64,000 nucleotides of DNA, from assembly GCA_963804995.1 (NCBI GenBank), contig CAWDSK010000003.1, positions 1,120,001-1,184,000 of the forward strand, read 5' to 3'. The translations under genes and the position numbers were made by a program. Origin of the DNA: an uncultured Acidobacteriota bacterium (GTDB lineage Bacteria; Acidobacteriota; Terriglobia; UBA7540). This document shows positions 1 to 11,653 of the stretch, piece by piece. The notes below the pieces were generated by a model that worked only from the letters and a program-made list of their open reading frames with translations, made no database searches and was not told where the DNA came from. Numbering within the stretch: position 1 is the stretch's first letter; each line of letters starts with the position of its first letter.

Positions 1-77
1 CCTGCGGCCAGCCGGGTCAGGCGCACCAGCGGCGTCTTGCCTATACTGGCGGCGTTGTCGTCATATATGTTGCTCAT
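1..77 (-). CDS. cysK: Cysteine synthase A, N-terminal part (runs off the window edge)
   Basis: Manual minus-strand translation gives MSNIYDDNAASIGKTPLVRLTRLAA, which resembles the CysK N-terminus (IGxTPLVRL). GGAGG RBS upstream; lies downstream of the cys/sulfur-carrier cluster. Not in the ORF track. Confidence 0.8.
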   Translation of the reverse strand, partial: MSNIYDDNAASIGKTPLVRLTRLAA

Positions 78-190
78 CTAATTTCCTCCAGGTCGAGTGT
101 GCAATGAACAGTTCTTCATGTCCCAATTGGGTACGTGTGCCGTGGCGAGGAAACCGCCTATCTTCGGAATTATGGAATGTTCCGACGAAG

Positions 191-224
191 AACCGCGGAC
201 CCCAAAGACGGGGGACCGCGCTAC
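191..224 (-). repeat. GTAG-type REP hairpin
   Basis: Minus strand GTAGCGCGGTCCCCCGTCTTTGGGGTCCGCGGTT. Related copies near 20231, 36249, 36350, 49273 and 49376. Confidence 0.75.
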
Positions 225-278
225 GCTTGCTACTGCTCGTGGCATGGCTATCCTGGCCATGACGGCTCACGGGCGGGA

Positions 279-406
279 GAAGCTGTGAAAAAATCCCACC
301 AAACCTTTCACCGCGGAGACGCGGAGGCGCAGAGGTTTGAAAACAAAGGGTGATTTCTCTGCGTCTCAGCGTCTCAGCGGTGAAAATGGTATTTTTTCAC
401 AGTTTC
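279..406. mobile_element. MITE with IS1182-like termini inserted into a REP-like hairpin
   Basis: Ends GAAGCTGTGAAAAAAT / ATTTTTTCACAGTTTC form an inverted pair, flanked by a GGA direct repeat (276-278, 407-409). Removing it restores CACGGGCGGGACGCCCGTGGCAC. Confidence 0.65.
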
Positions 407-477
407 GGACGCCCGTGGCACAGCCGGCGGGATGCCCGCACTGTACTTCCTAACCACTCACCACTATCCACTGCTCC

Positions 478-1657
478 TCAATACTTCGGCACCGAGGAAT
501 CAACCTGGTCTGACCACGCCAGGATTCCACCCTTCAAGTTATGGATCTTCCGGAACCCGGACTTCATCAGCAGGTCCACGGCCTTGGCGCTGCGCCCGCC
601 GGATTTGCAATGCACCACGATTTCATCCGCAGAGTCCAGCTCGTTCATGCGCTTGGGCACTTCTCCCAGCGGAATGAGCTTCGAGCCCGGGATGCGGCAA
701 ATCTGGTATTCGTGCGGCTCACGCACATCAATCAGGACGAAGGGTTTCTTCTCGTCCATCATCTTCTTCACGTCCACCGGAGTAATTTCCGGAATGCCGG
801 TTTGCACTGGAGTATGCTCCTCGCCGCGAATGCCGCAGAACTGCTCGTAATCGATCAGCTTGGTGATCGTCCGATGCGTCCCGCAGATCGGGCAATCGGG
901 GTTCTTACGAAGTTTGAGCTCACGAAACTTCATGCCCAATGCATCAAAGAGCAGCAGGCGTCCGATCAGCGGGTCGCCCTTGCCCAGAATCAGCTTGATG
1001 GTTTCCATGGCCTGGATGCAGCCCACAATGCCGGGCAGCACGCCCAACACGCCACCCTCGGCGCAACTCGGGACCAGTCCGGGCGGAGGCGGCTCCGGAT
1101 ACAGGCAGCGGTAGCAGGGGCCTTCCTTGGCGTAGAAGATGGAGGCCTGGCCTTCAAAGCGGAAAATGCTGCCGTAAACATTCGGCTTGTCCAGCAGCAC
1201 GCAGGCGTCGTTTACCAGATATCGCGTGGGAAAATTATCCGTGCCGTCCGCCACGATATCGAATTCCCGGAAAATATCCAGGGCGTTATCGCTCGAACAG
1301 GCGCGTCTCAAAAGTCTCGATTTCGATGTGCGGATTGATTTCCAGCAGCGTGTCGCGGGCGGAATCGAGCTTGGGCCGGCCCACGTCGCTGGTGCCATGG
1401 ATGACCTGCCGTTGCAGGTTGGTGAAATCCACCACGTCAAAATCCACGATGCCGATCTTGCCCACACCTGCGGCCCCCAGGTATAGCGCCAAGGGCGAGC
1501 CCAGGCCACCGGCGCCGATGCAAAGCACCTTGGCCTGCTTCAGCTTCAGTTGGCCCTCCATGCCCACTTCCGGCATGATCAAGTGGCGGCTGTAGCGCAG
1601 GATTTCGTCTTTGCTTAGCTGTGCGGCTTGAATCATTGTCGCTGTACTCATTTCCAA
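478..1657 (-). CDS. moeB: MoeB/ThiF adenylyltransferase-rhodanese fusion (MoeZ/MoeR-like); +1 frameshift near 1296
   Basis: N-terminal ORF 1286-1657 (RYSRHLIMPEVG, GAGGLG, TNLQRQ) joins the C-terminal frame (DGTDNFPTRY, CYRC, CPIC, rhodanese CKSGGRS) if one base is removed at GCTCGAAC. Confidence 0.92.
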
Positions 1658-1816
1658 TCCTTCTCTTGGGAATCTCGTTTCTTATCCCCGGCCAACTGTT
1701 CAAAGTGCAAGAGACGGCATCAACCTATCAGCCGCCTGCCAAAAATCTTTAGGGGGTCTCGGGTGGGATGTGCCCGGGATTCGCCACCCCCGGCCCAGCG
1801 GGGATGGGAGCCCAGG

Positions 1817-2116
1817 CTAGCTACAGATGCAACATAGGTCCGCGCCACCGGCAATGGAAGGCACGATGCTGATCACATCGTTGTTGTTGAGAGGAGTTTG
1901 TTCCTTTTGCAGGAATCGGATGTCTTCGTCGCCCACGTAGATGTTCACAAAGCTGCGCAACTTGCCTTCGTCGTTGTAGAGGTGCTTGCGCAAGTCGCCG
2001 TATAGCGCAGTGATGGCGCCAAGCGCCTCCGCCACGGTCTTCGCTTCCACCTCCAGCGACTCCTTCTTCTCCGCGTATTGCCGCAACGGAGTCGGGATGA
2101 TCACCTTAACTGCCAT
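1817..2116 (-). CDS. MoaD/ThiS/CysO-like ubiquitin-fold sulfur carrier with C-terminal extension after GG
   Basis: IPTPLR...FVNIYVGDEDIR...IVPSIAGG followed by ADLCCICS. Lies between the JAB peptidase and MoeB-rhodanese genes. Confidence 0.9.
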   Translation of the reverse strand: MAVKVIIPTPLRQYAEKKESLEVEAKTVAEALGAITALYGDLRKHLYNDEGKLRSFVNIYVGDEDIRFLQKEQTPLNNNDVISIVPSIAGGADLCCICS

Positions 2117-2133
2117 TCTTTCTCCTCAATGAC

Positions 2134-2607
2134 TCAATCACCCATCATAATTGTTTCTGCCCCAAAGGCCGACCGGTCTTCCGCCAACACCCAACTGGTT
2201 AAATCCTTCGGAGCGCCCTGCTCAACAGCAATTATAACATAAGAATACCACGGCCAGGCATGGTCGCGATCGTAATTCGAGGGCCGCGCCGGATGATCGG
2301 GGTGCGAGTGGTAGTAGCCCAGCACGTCAAGCCCCTGCGCCCGCGCGTCCTTTTCCACGTGTAACTGGTCAAGCGGGTCGATCAGGAAGCGGTTCTCCTC
2401 TGTCTCCTTGCCCAGATCATCTACCGGCAAAAGCTCCTGCGCGCGGTTGGGATCGTGTCGCAGGTTCTTAAGTGGGACAACCTCCGTCACCTGCTTCAAG
2501 TCGCCATCCGCCTTGCCGAGCAACATGCCGCAGCACTCGCTGGGATAGTCGCGCGCGGAATGCTGCCGGATCGATTCCAAATGCCCTTTGTTTAGTCGGA
2601 GAGACAT
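2134..2607 (-). CDS. M67/JAB (Mov34/MPN) metallopeptidase, Mec-like
   Basis: YPSECCG and YHSHPDHPARPSNYD JAMM motif. Confidence 0.92.
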   Translation of the reverse strand: MSLRLNKGHLESIRQHSARDYPSECCGMLLGKADGDLKQVTEVVPLKNLRHDPNRAQELLPVDDLGKETEENRFLIDPLDQLHVEKDARAQGLDVLGYYHSHPDHPARPSNYDRDHAWPWYSYVIIAVEQGAPKDLTSWVLAEDRSAFGAETIMMGD

Positions 2608-2619
2608 AGGCCTATCTGA

Positions 2620-2750
2620 TCATCGGGTCATCGGGCCATCGGGTCATTGAAAAACCAGATCAACGGGTTATCGTGTCATCGGATCATTGGTTCATTGAAT
2701 CGCCGATTGTCGATTGCTTGAATCCTTCAATGGCCAGATGACCCGATGGC
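2620..2750. repeat. Degenerate 8-bp tandem repeats (ATCGGGTC-like)
   Basis: atcgggtc atcgggcc atcgggtc attg, with further variants and inverted copies (gatgacccgatg). Confidence 0.5.
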
Positions 2751-2759
2751 GCGATCCCT

Positions 2760-2984
2760 TAGCGTCGTGTCTCAGAAGTTCGCTGATTATTAGAGAACCC
2801 CCTCACCCGTCCCGCCCCGGCTGATGAAAACGCCGGTGGCGGTCCACCCTCTCCCCCAAAGGGGCGAGGGCGACAAATTCAGATTAACTCTCCCCTCGCC
2901 CCTTTGGGGGAGAGGGGCCGGGGGGAGGGGGTCGCCTTTGAACCCAGTGAGACTTTGTCAGCGAACTTCCGATTCAGGACATTA
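2760..2984. mobile_element. MITE: IS-like TIRs enclosing CCCTCACCC/CCCTCTCCC hairpins
   Basis: Left end TAGCGTCGTGTCTCAGAAGTTCGCTGA versus right-end reverse complement TAATGTCCTGAATCGGAAGTTCGCTGA. TTAG at both ends; the right end overlaps the cysM stop codon. Partial copy at 38724. Confidence 0.7.
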
Positions 2985-3938
2985 GCTCCCTTCATCCCAG
3001 AACCGCTCGCTCAAATACTTGTCGCCGCTGTCGGGGAAGATGGTCACCACCACGCCCCTGGTCAACCGGTTCGCCACCGTCAGTGCGGCCACCATGGCGG
3101 CGCCCGCCGAGACTCCCACCAGCAACCCTTCTTCACGAGCCAGCCGCAGCGTCATGCGGTGGGCGTCTTCGGTCGACATTTCCAAGTTCTCATCCGCGAC
3201 GCTCGGATCGTATATGCCGGGCTTGATGGCGGTGGCCATGTGCTTCATGCCTTCCAGACCGTGGAAAGGTGAATCCGGCTGAAACGAAATGCAGCGAATG
3301 CGCGGGTCAAGCTCCTTCAGCCGCCGGGCCGTACCGATGAACGTGCCGCTGGTGCCGAGCCCGGCCACAAAGTGCGTCACCCCGCCTTCCGTCTGCTCGT
3401 ATATTTCGGGAGCGGTGGTCAGGTAATGCGCGCCCCAGTTGGCGGGGTTGTCGTACTGATTGGCGTAAAAATAGAGCTCAGGATTTTCCTTGGCCAGGGC
3501 GCGGACCCGGCGGATCGCCCCATCCGAGCCTTCCATGGGGTCGGTATAAACGATTTCCGCCCCGTAAGCTTTCAGAATGCGTTTGCGCTCCTGGCTCACA
3601 TTCGACGGCATGCAGAGCTTCACGCGGTAGCCCTTGGCGGCGCAAATCATGGCGTAGGCAATGCCCGTGTTGCCGGAGGTTGAGTCGATCAGGACTTTGT
3701 CGTGCGACATCAGCCCGGCGTTTTCGGCCTCGCGGATGATATTGAGCGCCGGACGGTCTTTCACCGAGCCGCCAGGATTCTCCCACTCGGCCTTGGCGTA
3801 GATTTCGACGGAGGGTGAGGCGGGGCGAATGCGCGCGAAGCATACCAATCGCGTGTTCCCTACCAGCGACAGTACATCCGCCGCGCCGCGGGAAGTAGCT
3901 GGATTTTCAGTGGTTGCTGCCCTTGCGTTTTTTGCCAT
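2982..3938 (-). CDS. cysM: PLP-dependent cysteine synthase family protein (CysM-like, probably sulfur-carrier dependent)
   Basis: KAEWENPGGSVKDR (PLP lysine), TSGNTG, GLGTSGT, PDSGDKYLS; clustered with JAB, CysO-like and MoeZ-like genes. Confidence 0.85.
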   Translation of the reverse strand: MAKNARAATTENPATSRGAADVLSLVGNTRLVCFARIRPASPSVEIYAKAEWENPGGSVKDRPALNIIREAENAGLMSHDKVLIDSTSGNTGIAYAMICAAKGYRVKLCMPSNVSQERKRILKAYGAEIVYTDPMEGSDGAIRRVRALAKENPELYFYANQYDNPANWGAHYLTTAPEIYEQTEGGVTHFVAGLGTSGTFIGTARRLKELDPRIRCISFQPDSPFHGLEGMKHMATAIKPGIYDPSVADENLEMSTEDAHRMTLRLAREEGLLVGVSAGAAMVAALTVANRLTRGVVVTIFPDSGDKYLSERFWDEGS

Positions 3939-3956
3939 CAGTGCACTAGACTTTCC

Positions 3957-3986
3957 ATTTTAGGGGTTGGTTCACAGAAGTGTCAA
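3957..3986 (-). promoter_or_regulatory. Putative sigma70 promoter of the cys operon
   Basis: Minus strand TTGACA-18 nt-TAAAAT just upstream of the cysM start. Confidence 0.6.
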
Positions 3987-4058
3987 CGGCGGCGTGCTCC
4001 GCCCCTGGGGTCCCAAGGCCAGAAACTAAGGCATAGAGAATTCCACGGGCCCCGACTT

Positions 4059-4268
4059 CTAGTGTGGTGTCCCGGTTAATATTTGACAAGGCTGTCCGAC
4101 CCCCTCACCCCCCAGCCCCTCTCCCCCAAAGGGGCGAGGGGAGAGTTAATTTTCTTGCCCTCGCCCCTTTGGGGGAGAGGGTGGCTGGCCGAGGCGTTCT
4201 CATCAGCCGAGGCCAGACGGGTGAGGGGGTTTACCCATTGTCAACTCTAACACGGGACACCACACTAG
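4059..4268. mobile_element. MITE with perfect 16-bp TIR enclosing REP-like hairpins
   Basis: CTAGTGTGGTGTCCCG ... CGGGACACCACACTAG, with CTAG at both ends. Confidence 0.75.
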
Positions 4269-4295
4269 TATGTAGATGGGAACCACACATGGCAA

Positions 4296-4694
4296 ATGAA
4301 TCCGCAACCCTGCAGGACGTTCCGCAAGCAATTTGAGCAGGCAGGCTTCATCGTCGCAGACGCCAGTGCGCCACCGGGCTCCATCGAAGTGAAAAAATCG
4401 AATTGCGTCACCTACCTCGAGCAGACAAACGGCCTATGGGTGCGCTCCGGCCCACCTTACTTCATCGTGCACGGCATCAATTGTGAGCTGGAAGACCGTG
4501 GCTATCAAAAGTTCTGGTTTTCAAAGACTGAGGGGAAGCGTTTTCCTATCCGCAAAGTCGATCTCGAAACCCTCCGCCACTTTGACGAAGAAATCCGCTA
4601 TATCCTGGGACAGAAGAGCCTCTACAACGAATCTCTTGGCTCGACGAACGCCCGCACCGTATACGACCGCCTGACCGGCCGCCCCGACCGTTAG
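4296..4694 (+). CDS. Conserved hypothetical protein; true start may be 4289 with a +1 frameshift near 4320
   Basis: ORF with LEDRGYQKF and SLYNESLG..YDR motifs that I recall from acidobacterial hypotheticals. The alternative N-terminus MANESATLQDVRKQFEQ needs removal of one base. Confidence 0.7.
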   Translation: MNPQPCRTFRKQFEQAGFIVADASAPPGSIEVKKSNCVTYLEQTNGLWVRSGPPYFIVHGINCELEDRGYQKFWFSKTEGKRFPIRKVDLETLRHFDEEIRYILGQKSLYNESLGSTNARTVYDRLTGRPDR

Positions 4695-4957
4695 CGCACC
4701 TCCACCCTAATTGGGAAACGCAACTTCACATGCGACCACACCGCACGCTTCTCTCGCGCCGGATAAGTGGAATGGTCCACTGCGGGGAAACCCAAAAGGG
4801 CGAATGGCCCGGCGCGTCGCAAAAATCTACGGCGCGCCGGGCCACCCCAGTCGAGTCAAGGGTGTGTTTTGGTTCGAGCAGTGGATAAGAGTAGGTGAGT
4901 GCAGGCTGATCATGCGGCAATACCTGCCTTTTATTTACCGCAGTCTACGACATGACC

Positions 4958-4986
4958 TATTTACTCCTCTTACACGTGCATGTCAA
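4958..4986 (-). promoter_or_regulatory. Putative sigma70 promoter with no long ORF downstream
   Basis: Minus strand TTGACA-17 nt-TAAATA. Confidence 0.5.
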
Positions 4987-5267
4987 GACAATTCTTTTGA
5001 GCCGAATCCTTGCCCGCAATTCTCACCACGGGCAAGCGAGCCGAAGTTTGGAGTGCGGCGACTCGTCGCCGCTTTCCAACGCCGCGACTCGTCGCGGCGA
5101 ATCACTCAGCGCTGACGAGTCAGCGCTAGAAAAAGCGGGAGCAAGCTCCCGCACTCCGAAATTTGCCTCCGCGCGCCCGGACAAGCGGTTCGATCGTGGC
5201 GGGCGCGGAAACCATCAGAAAGGGCCTTTAACGACGGGGGTTAACCCCCGCCCTTCCAAAGCCGTGA

Positions 5268-7187
<1,920 letters not shown>

Positions 7188-7237
7188 TGAGAATTGCGGG
7201 CTAAAATATCGTAGGGTGAAAGTGACAGTTTTACCGG

Positions 7238-7273
7238 AAAAAGAAACCGGGGCTGGAAGGAATCAAGCCCCGG
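7238..7273 (-). terminator. Rho-independent terminator downstream of glnA
   Basis: Minus strand CCGGGGCT-loop-AGCCCCGG followed by TTTCTTTTT. Confidence 0.7.
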
Positions 7274-7416
7274 CGTTTGTCGTAAGGCCTTCCATCTCGG
7301 CTTTACCCACAATGCCCTAAAAACTGGCCGGCAGGAGGAAATATCACCGAGTATGCCTAAAGCGGGCAAAATTCTTATGGCGTTCCGTTAACTAATTGAA
7401 AGCACGCCACTTAACA

Positions 7417-8826
7417 TTAAATGTCGTAATACAGCGCGAACTCATACGGGTGCGGGCGCGTGTTCACCGCCTGCACTTCGTTCTTCATCTTGTAATCGAT
7501 CCAGGTTTCGATAAGTTCCTCACTGAAGACGTCGCCCTTCAACAGGAAGTCGTGGTCCTTTTCGAGCGCGCGCAGCGACTCCTCAAGCGAGCCCGGCATG
7601 GACGGCACGCTCTTCATTTCCTCCGGCCCGAGGTCGTAGATATCCTTATCCAGCGGCTCTCCGGGGTCAATCTTGTTTTCGACTCCATCCAGCCCTGCCA
7701 TCAGCATCGCGGCAAAAGCCAAGTAGGGATTACAAGAAGGATCCGGCGGCCGGTATTCCACACGTTTGGCCTTGGGATTCGCCGAGTACATGGGAATGCG
7801 GCAGGCCGCACTGCGGTTCCGGCGCGAGTAAGCCAGATTCACCGGCGCCTCATATCCCGGCACCAGGCGTTTGTAGGAATTGGTGGTCGGAGCAATCAGC
7901 GCGGCGAGCGCTGGCGAGTGCTTCAGCAGCCCGCCGATGTAATGCAGCGCCATCTGACTTAGGCCCGCGTATTTGTCTCCGGCAAAGAGCGGCTTGCCCT
8001 CTTTCCAGAGGCTCTGGTGCGTGTGCATGCCGGAGCCGTTGTCCTGATAGATTGGCTTGGGCATGAAGGTCACCGTCTTGCCGTACTGGTGCGCCACATT
8101 GCGGATGCAGTATTTGTAAATCATCATCCCATCCGCGGATTTGAGCAAAGCATTGAAGCGCTGGTCGATTTCCGATTGGCCGCCCGTCGCCACCTCGTGG
8201 TGATGACACTCGATATCGAGTCCGGACTTCTCCATCACCAAAACCATTTCGGTGCGCAAGTCCTGGTAATGATCGGTGGGCGGGACCGGGAAGTAACCCT
8301 CTTTGTAGCGCGGCCGGTAGCCCAGGTTGTCTTTCTCACGGCCCGAGTTCCAGCGGCCTTCCTCGGCGTCGATGAAGTAGAAGCCGTGCTGTTGCGCCTG
8401 GTCGAAGCGCACGTTGTCAAAAATGAAGAATTCGGCTTCCGCCCCGAAGTATGCCGTATCGGCGATGCCCGTATAGGCAAGGTAGTTCTCAGCCTTCTTG
8501 GCAATGTGGCGGGGGTCCTTGATGTAATGCTGCTTGGTTACGGGATCGCTGATGTCACCGATCATGACCAGGGTTGGAGTGTCGGTGAAAGGATCGAGCA
8601 TGTACCAGCTCGGATCGGGAATCAGCAGCATATCGCTTTCATGGATGGCCGCCCAACCGCGAATGCTGGAGCCGTCCATTCCGAAACCTTCTTCAAAGGA
8701 TTTCTCCTTCAACTCATGGATCGGAAACGAAATGTGATGCCAGAGACCGGGAAGGTCGGTGAAGCGAATGTCCACAATCTTGACGTTGTTAGCAGCGGCA
8801 AACTCTAAGACCGCTTTCGGGTTCAT
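7417..8826 (-). CDS. glnA: Glutamine synthetase type I
   Basis: [42 protein letters not shown], adenylylation-site-like DKDIYDL. Confidence 0.97.
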   Translation of the reverse strand: MNPKAVLEFAAANNVKIVDIRFTDLPGLWHHISFPIHELKEKSFEEGFGMDGSSIRGWAAIHESDMLLIPDPSWYMLDPFTDTPTLVMIGDISDPVTKQHYIKDPRHIAKKAENYLAYTGIADTAYFGAEAEFFIFDNVRFDQAQQHGFYFIDAEEGRWNSGREKDNLGYRPRYKEGYFPVPPTDHYQDLRTEMVLVMEKSGLDIECHHHEVATGGQSEIDQRFNALLKSADGMMIYKYCIRNVAHQYGKTVTFMPKPIYQDNGSGMHTHQSLWKEGKPLFAGDKYAGLSQMALHYIGGLLKHSPALAALIAPTTNSYKRLVPGYEAPVNLAYSRRNRSAACRIPMYSANPKAKRVEYRPPDPSCNPYLAFAAMLMAGLDGVENKIDPGEPLDKDIYDLGPEEMKSVPSMPGSLEESLRALEKDHDFLLKGDVFSEELIETWIDYKMKNEVQAVNTRPHPYEFALYYDI

Positions 8827-8898
8827 ACTCCCTCCATAAAAGATATTTTTATCCCTGATTAAGGTTCCTTATGCAGGCTGTATTGCGTCTAGACAGTC

Positions 8899-8927
8899 AA
8901 CATATCCCCCACACGCGTTTTAGTCAA
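8899..8927 (-). promoter_or_regulatory. Possible sigma70 promoter of glnA
   Basis: Minus strand TTGACT-17 nt-TATGTT. Confidence 0.4.
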
Positions 8928-9060
8928 GCCCCATGGAAGCCGCATTTCTAGAGGCTGCGCAAGGCCTACATTGCGGAGAGCGGCGTATTGACCGGATTCA
9001 CGGGCGGCGGGTGGACGTGAACTCGCCGCGGTGCGAAAAATATTTTGCCGCTTGCCCGAT

Positions 9061-10512
9061 TTACGGCGATCCGAGCGGACCCACGCGGGTGTAACGCGCA
9101 TTTTCGGTATGGCACCCGGTGACCGTCCCGTCGGCGGAAACGTCGAAAGTAATCTTCTCACCGAATTGGCCGGCCGAGAACGCTCCTCCCGAGCGCATCA
9201 AAAAGACCCGGGGCTGGTCCGTCGCTTCCAGAATCGTCCGCGTACTGTAAGGGTTCAGATCGTCCGGCAGGAGCATGGACAGTTGCCCATCCAGGATGGC
9301 TACTATCTCGGTCGCGTGATTCTTCCCGCGGTAAGTTCCCGCGAAGCGTTTGGCCTCCTCACTGAGCGGCGGCGGTTCATGGCGTTGTGCCTTGGCAACA
9401 ACGGGAGCCAGCAGTCCCAGAGCGTATTCGGAGTAGCTTAGCGGATCAATTTCATCGCAGTTGGTGAGAACGATCACGCCCAGTTTAAGCGCCGGGTAAA
9501 ACTGGATATTCGTCCGCTGTCCGGGTACAGATCCTCCATGCCCCACGCGCACGTAACCGTCGACGTGCCGGATGGCCATGCCCAATCCCCAGGCGTTTTG
9601 CCAATCCGGCAGCAGCCACTGGACCTGATGCATTTCGTGCAGCGTGCGGCCGGAGAGGACAGGCGAATCCCCGCCGCTGCCCTCCGCCATGTGGAAGGCC
9701 ACGTACTTGGCAAGGTCTTCTACGTTCGAAGCCATTGAGCCCGCCGGAGCGACAGGCCCGTTGGGCATTTTATCGGCGGGCACCAGCGCGCCACCCGGTT
9801 CAGCCCGGACATAGCCAATCGCCAGGCCTGGTTCATCGAAACGCGGAAGCGGGCGGGTGCTGTGCATTCCCAGCGGCCGCAGGATGTGCTGTTCCACGTA
9901 TGCGTCCCAAGGCTCCTTGGATTCAGCAGCCACCACCTTGCCGAGCAAAGCAAATGCCAGGTTCGAATACTTCCACTGCGTGGCAGGATCATAAGACTGT
10001 TCAAACGGCCCTTCCATATTGGCGTCGGTTGCGAATATTCCGTCTGTCCACACCGTGCCCGGAATATCGCGCTGCAACCCTGAGGTGTGTGTGATGAGCT
10101 CGCGAATCGTGACCTCAGGCGCGCCGGGTGAATTCCGCTGAATGTGCACGCCGCTCAAGTGCCGACCGAGCGGATCATTCAATTGCAGCTTGCCGGCATC
10201 GCGCAGCTCGAGGATCGCGACGGCGGTAAAAGTCTTGGTAATCGAGCCAATCCGGTAAAGGGTCTGGGGAGTGGCGGGGATTTTCTTGTCGAGGTCGGCG
10301 AAACCGTAACCTTTCGCCCACACCAGGCGATCGCCGAGCACCACACCAATCGAAAGACCCGGCTGATTCCGGCTCGCCACGCGGTAGCCGGTCCAAGCGT
10401 CAAGCAAACCCAGCGCGTCCCTGAATCCCGGAGGCTCCTGGGCGACGGCAGAGTTCGCCGCGAAGAGGATGGCCATCACCGCGACGAGGAGTGAGGTGGC
10501 GGTGCGTCTCAT
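9061..10512 (-). CDS. Secreted serine hydrolase, beta-lactamase class C/PBP family
   Basis: Signal peptide; GSITK (SxxK), LITHTSGL, YSN and HGG motifs. Confidence 0.9.
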   Translation of the reverse strand: MRRTATSLLVAVMAILFAANSAVAQEPPGFRDALGLLDAWTGYRVASRNQPGLSIGVVLGDRLVWAKGYGFADLDKKIPATPQTLYRIGSITKTFTAVAILELRDAGKLQLNDPLGRHLSGVHIQRNSPGAPEVTIRELITHTSGLQRDIPGTVWTDGIFATDANMEGPFEQSYDPATQWKYSNLAFALLGKVVAAESKEPWDAYVEQHILRPLGMHSTRPLPRFDEPGLAIGYVRAEPGGALVPADKMPNGPVAPAGSMASNVEDLAKYVAFHMAEGSGGDSPVLSGRTLHEMHQVQWLLPDWQNAWGLGMAIRHVDGYVRVGHGGSVPGQRTNIQFYPALKLGVIVLTNCDEIDPLSYSEYALGLLAPVVAKAQRHEPPPLSEEAKRFAGTYRGKNHATEIVAILDGQLSMLLPDDLNPYSTRTILEATDQPRVFLMRSGGAFSAGQFGEKITFDVSADGTVTGCHTENARYTRVGPLGSP

Positions 10513-10849
10513 CAAGTACCTCTGTTCGCAAGATTGTCTTCTCAACTTGTCGGATGAACAGGAGATCATGGAATTGTTCTCCTCGGCTTTATATTTTATG
10601 CAACGCGACGTAGATTGTAGCGCCGATTACTGGGGTGTTGTGGGTTAGTTGTAATGGCGCTTCCCAATCAGATAGGAGAAGGTCGCGAAGCCCCCTCGCT
10701 GAAACGTGGGGGTGTCGGCCCTGGGCCGGCGGGTGCCAGGAGTTGGCCGAAAACCACCACCCTATCCGGAAACCACCACCGGGCCAGCCTGTCGTTTTAC
10801 CGCCCTATCCCGAACCGCATGAATCCACGACATTTCGGACCCTGTGCTT

Positions 10850-10865
10850 TGGCATGGCACTTGCC
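10850..10865 (+). promoter_or_regulatory. Putative sigma54 -24/-12 promoter
   Basis: TGGCATGGCACTTGC: GG-N10-GC spacing, about 55 nt upstream of the 10918 start. Confidence 0.6.
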
Positions 10866-10917
10866 TTAATAGAGGTTGCAGTTTGGCTAGAAGCATTGAG
10901 GATTCGAGGAGGATCAA

Positions 10918-11628
10918 ATGCGAAAACTAAAACTTTTGACACTAATGGCTCTGGGATTGATGGTCGCCACTTACGCGCGTGCCCAAGGTCCACCGGATCC
11001 AAATTACGATCCGAACTACAATCCGAACCCCGATCCAGGCTATGTGGATCCGGGCCCAGCCCAAGCATATGGGGTTCCATACGGCGCTCCAGTTTACGTG
11101 GGGCCACCTCCGGTGTGCCCGTATGGCTACTTCCCCTATTACCCCTATGCCTGCGCACCCTACGGCTACTATGGACCCAGCTGGTTTTCGGGCGGAATCT
11201 TTATTGGCGTCGGGCCGTGGGGCCATGGCTATCATGGCTTCTACGGGGGACGCGGCTTTGGCGGCCGGGGCAACTACGGACACGGGCCGGCCTATTCCGC
11301 ACGCGGAGGATCTCGCGGTGGGTACGGTAACGGTTACTCCGGCGGAGGCGCACGTACCTTCGGTGGAAATGGTAATGCCTACAGTGGTAGCGCACGAGGC
11401 TTCGGTGGAAGCGCACGAGGTTTCAGTGGAAGTGCACGTGGCTTCGGTGGAAACGCACGTGGCTTCAGTGGCGGCGGACGCTCCTTTGGTGGAAACGGAC
11501 GCAGCTTAGGTGGTGGCGGACGTGGCTTCGGTGGAGGCGGACATGCCTCAGGTGGAGGCGGACATGCCTTTGGAGGAGGTGGACATGGCGGAGGTAAAGG
11601 CAGTTCACATGGTGGTGGGCGCAGGTAA
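10918..11628 (+). CDS. Secreted Pro/Tyr-rich and Gly/Arg-rich low-complexity protein
   Basis: GGAGG RBS; signal peptide ending ARA; PPPVCPYGY segment; tandem ARGF(G/S)G(S/N) repeats. Confidence 0.8.
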   Translation: MRKLKLLTLMALGLMVATYARAQGPPDPNYDPNYNPNPDPGYVDPGPAQAYGVPYGAPVYVGPPPVCPYGYFPYYPYACAPYGYYGPSWFSGGIFIGVGPWGHGYHGFYGGRGFGGRGNYGHGPAYSARGGSRGGYGNGYSGGGARTFGGNGNAYSGSARGFGGSARGFSGSARGFGGNARGFSGGGRSFGGNGRSLGGGGRGFGGGGHASGGGGHAFGGGGHGGGKGSSHGGGRR

Positions 11629-11653
11629 ACTCCATCATCAACTCGAAGCTCTC

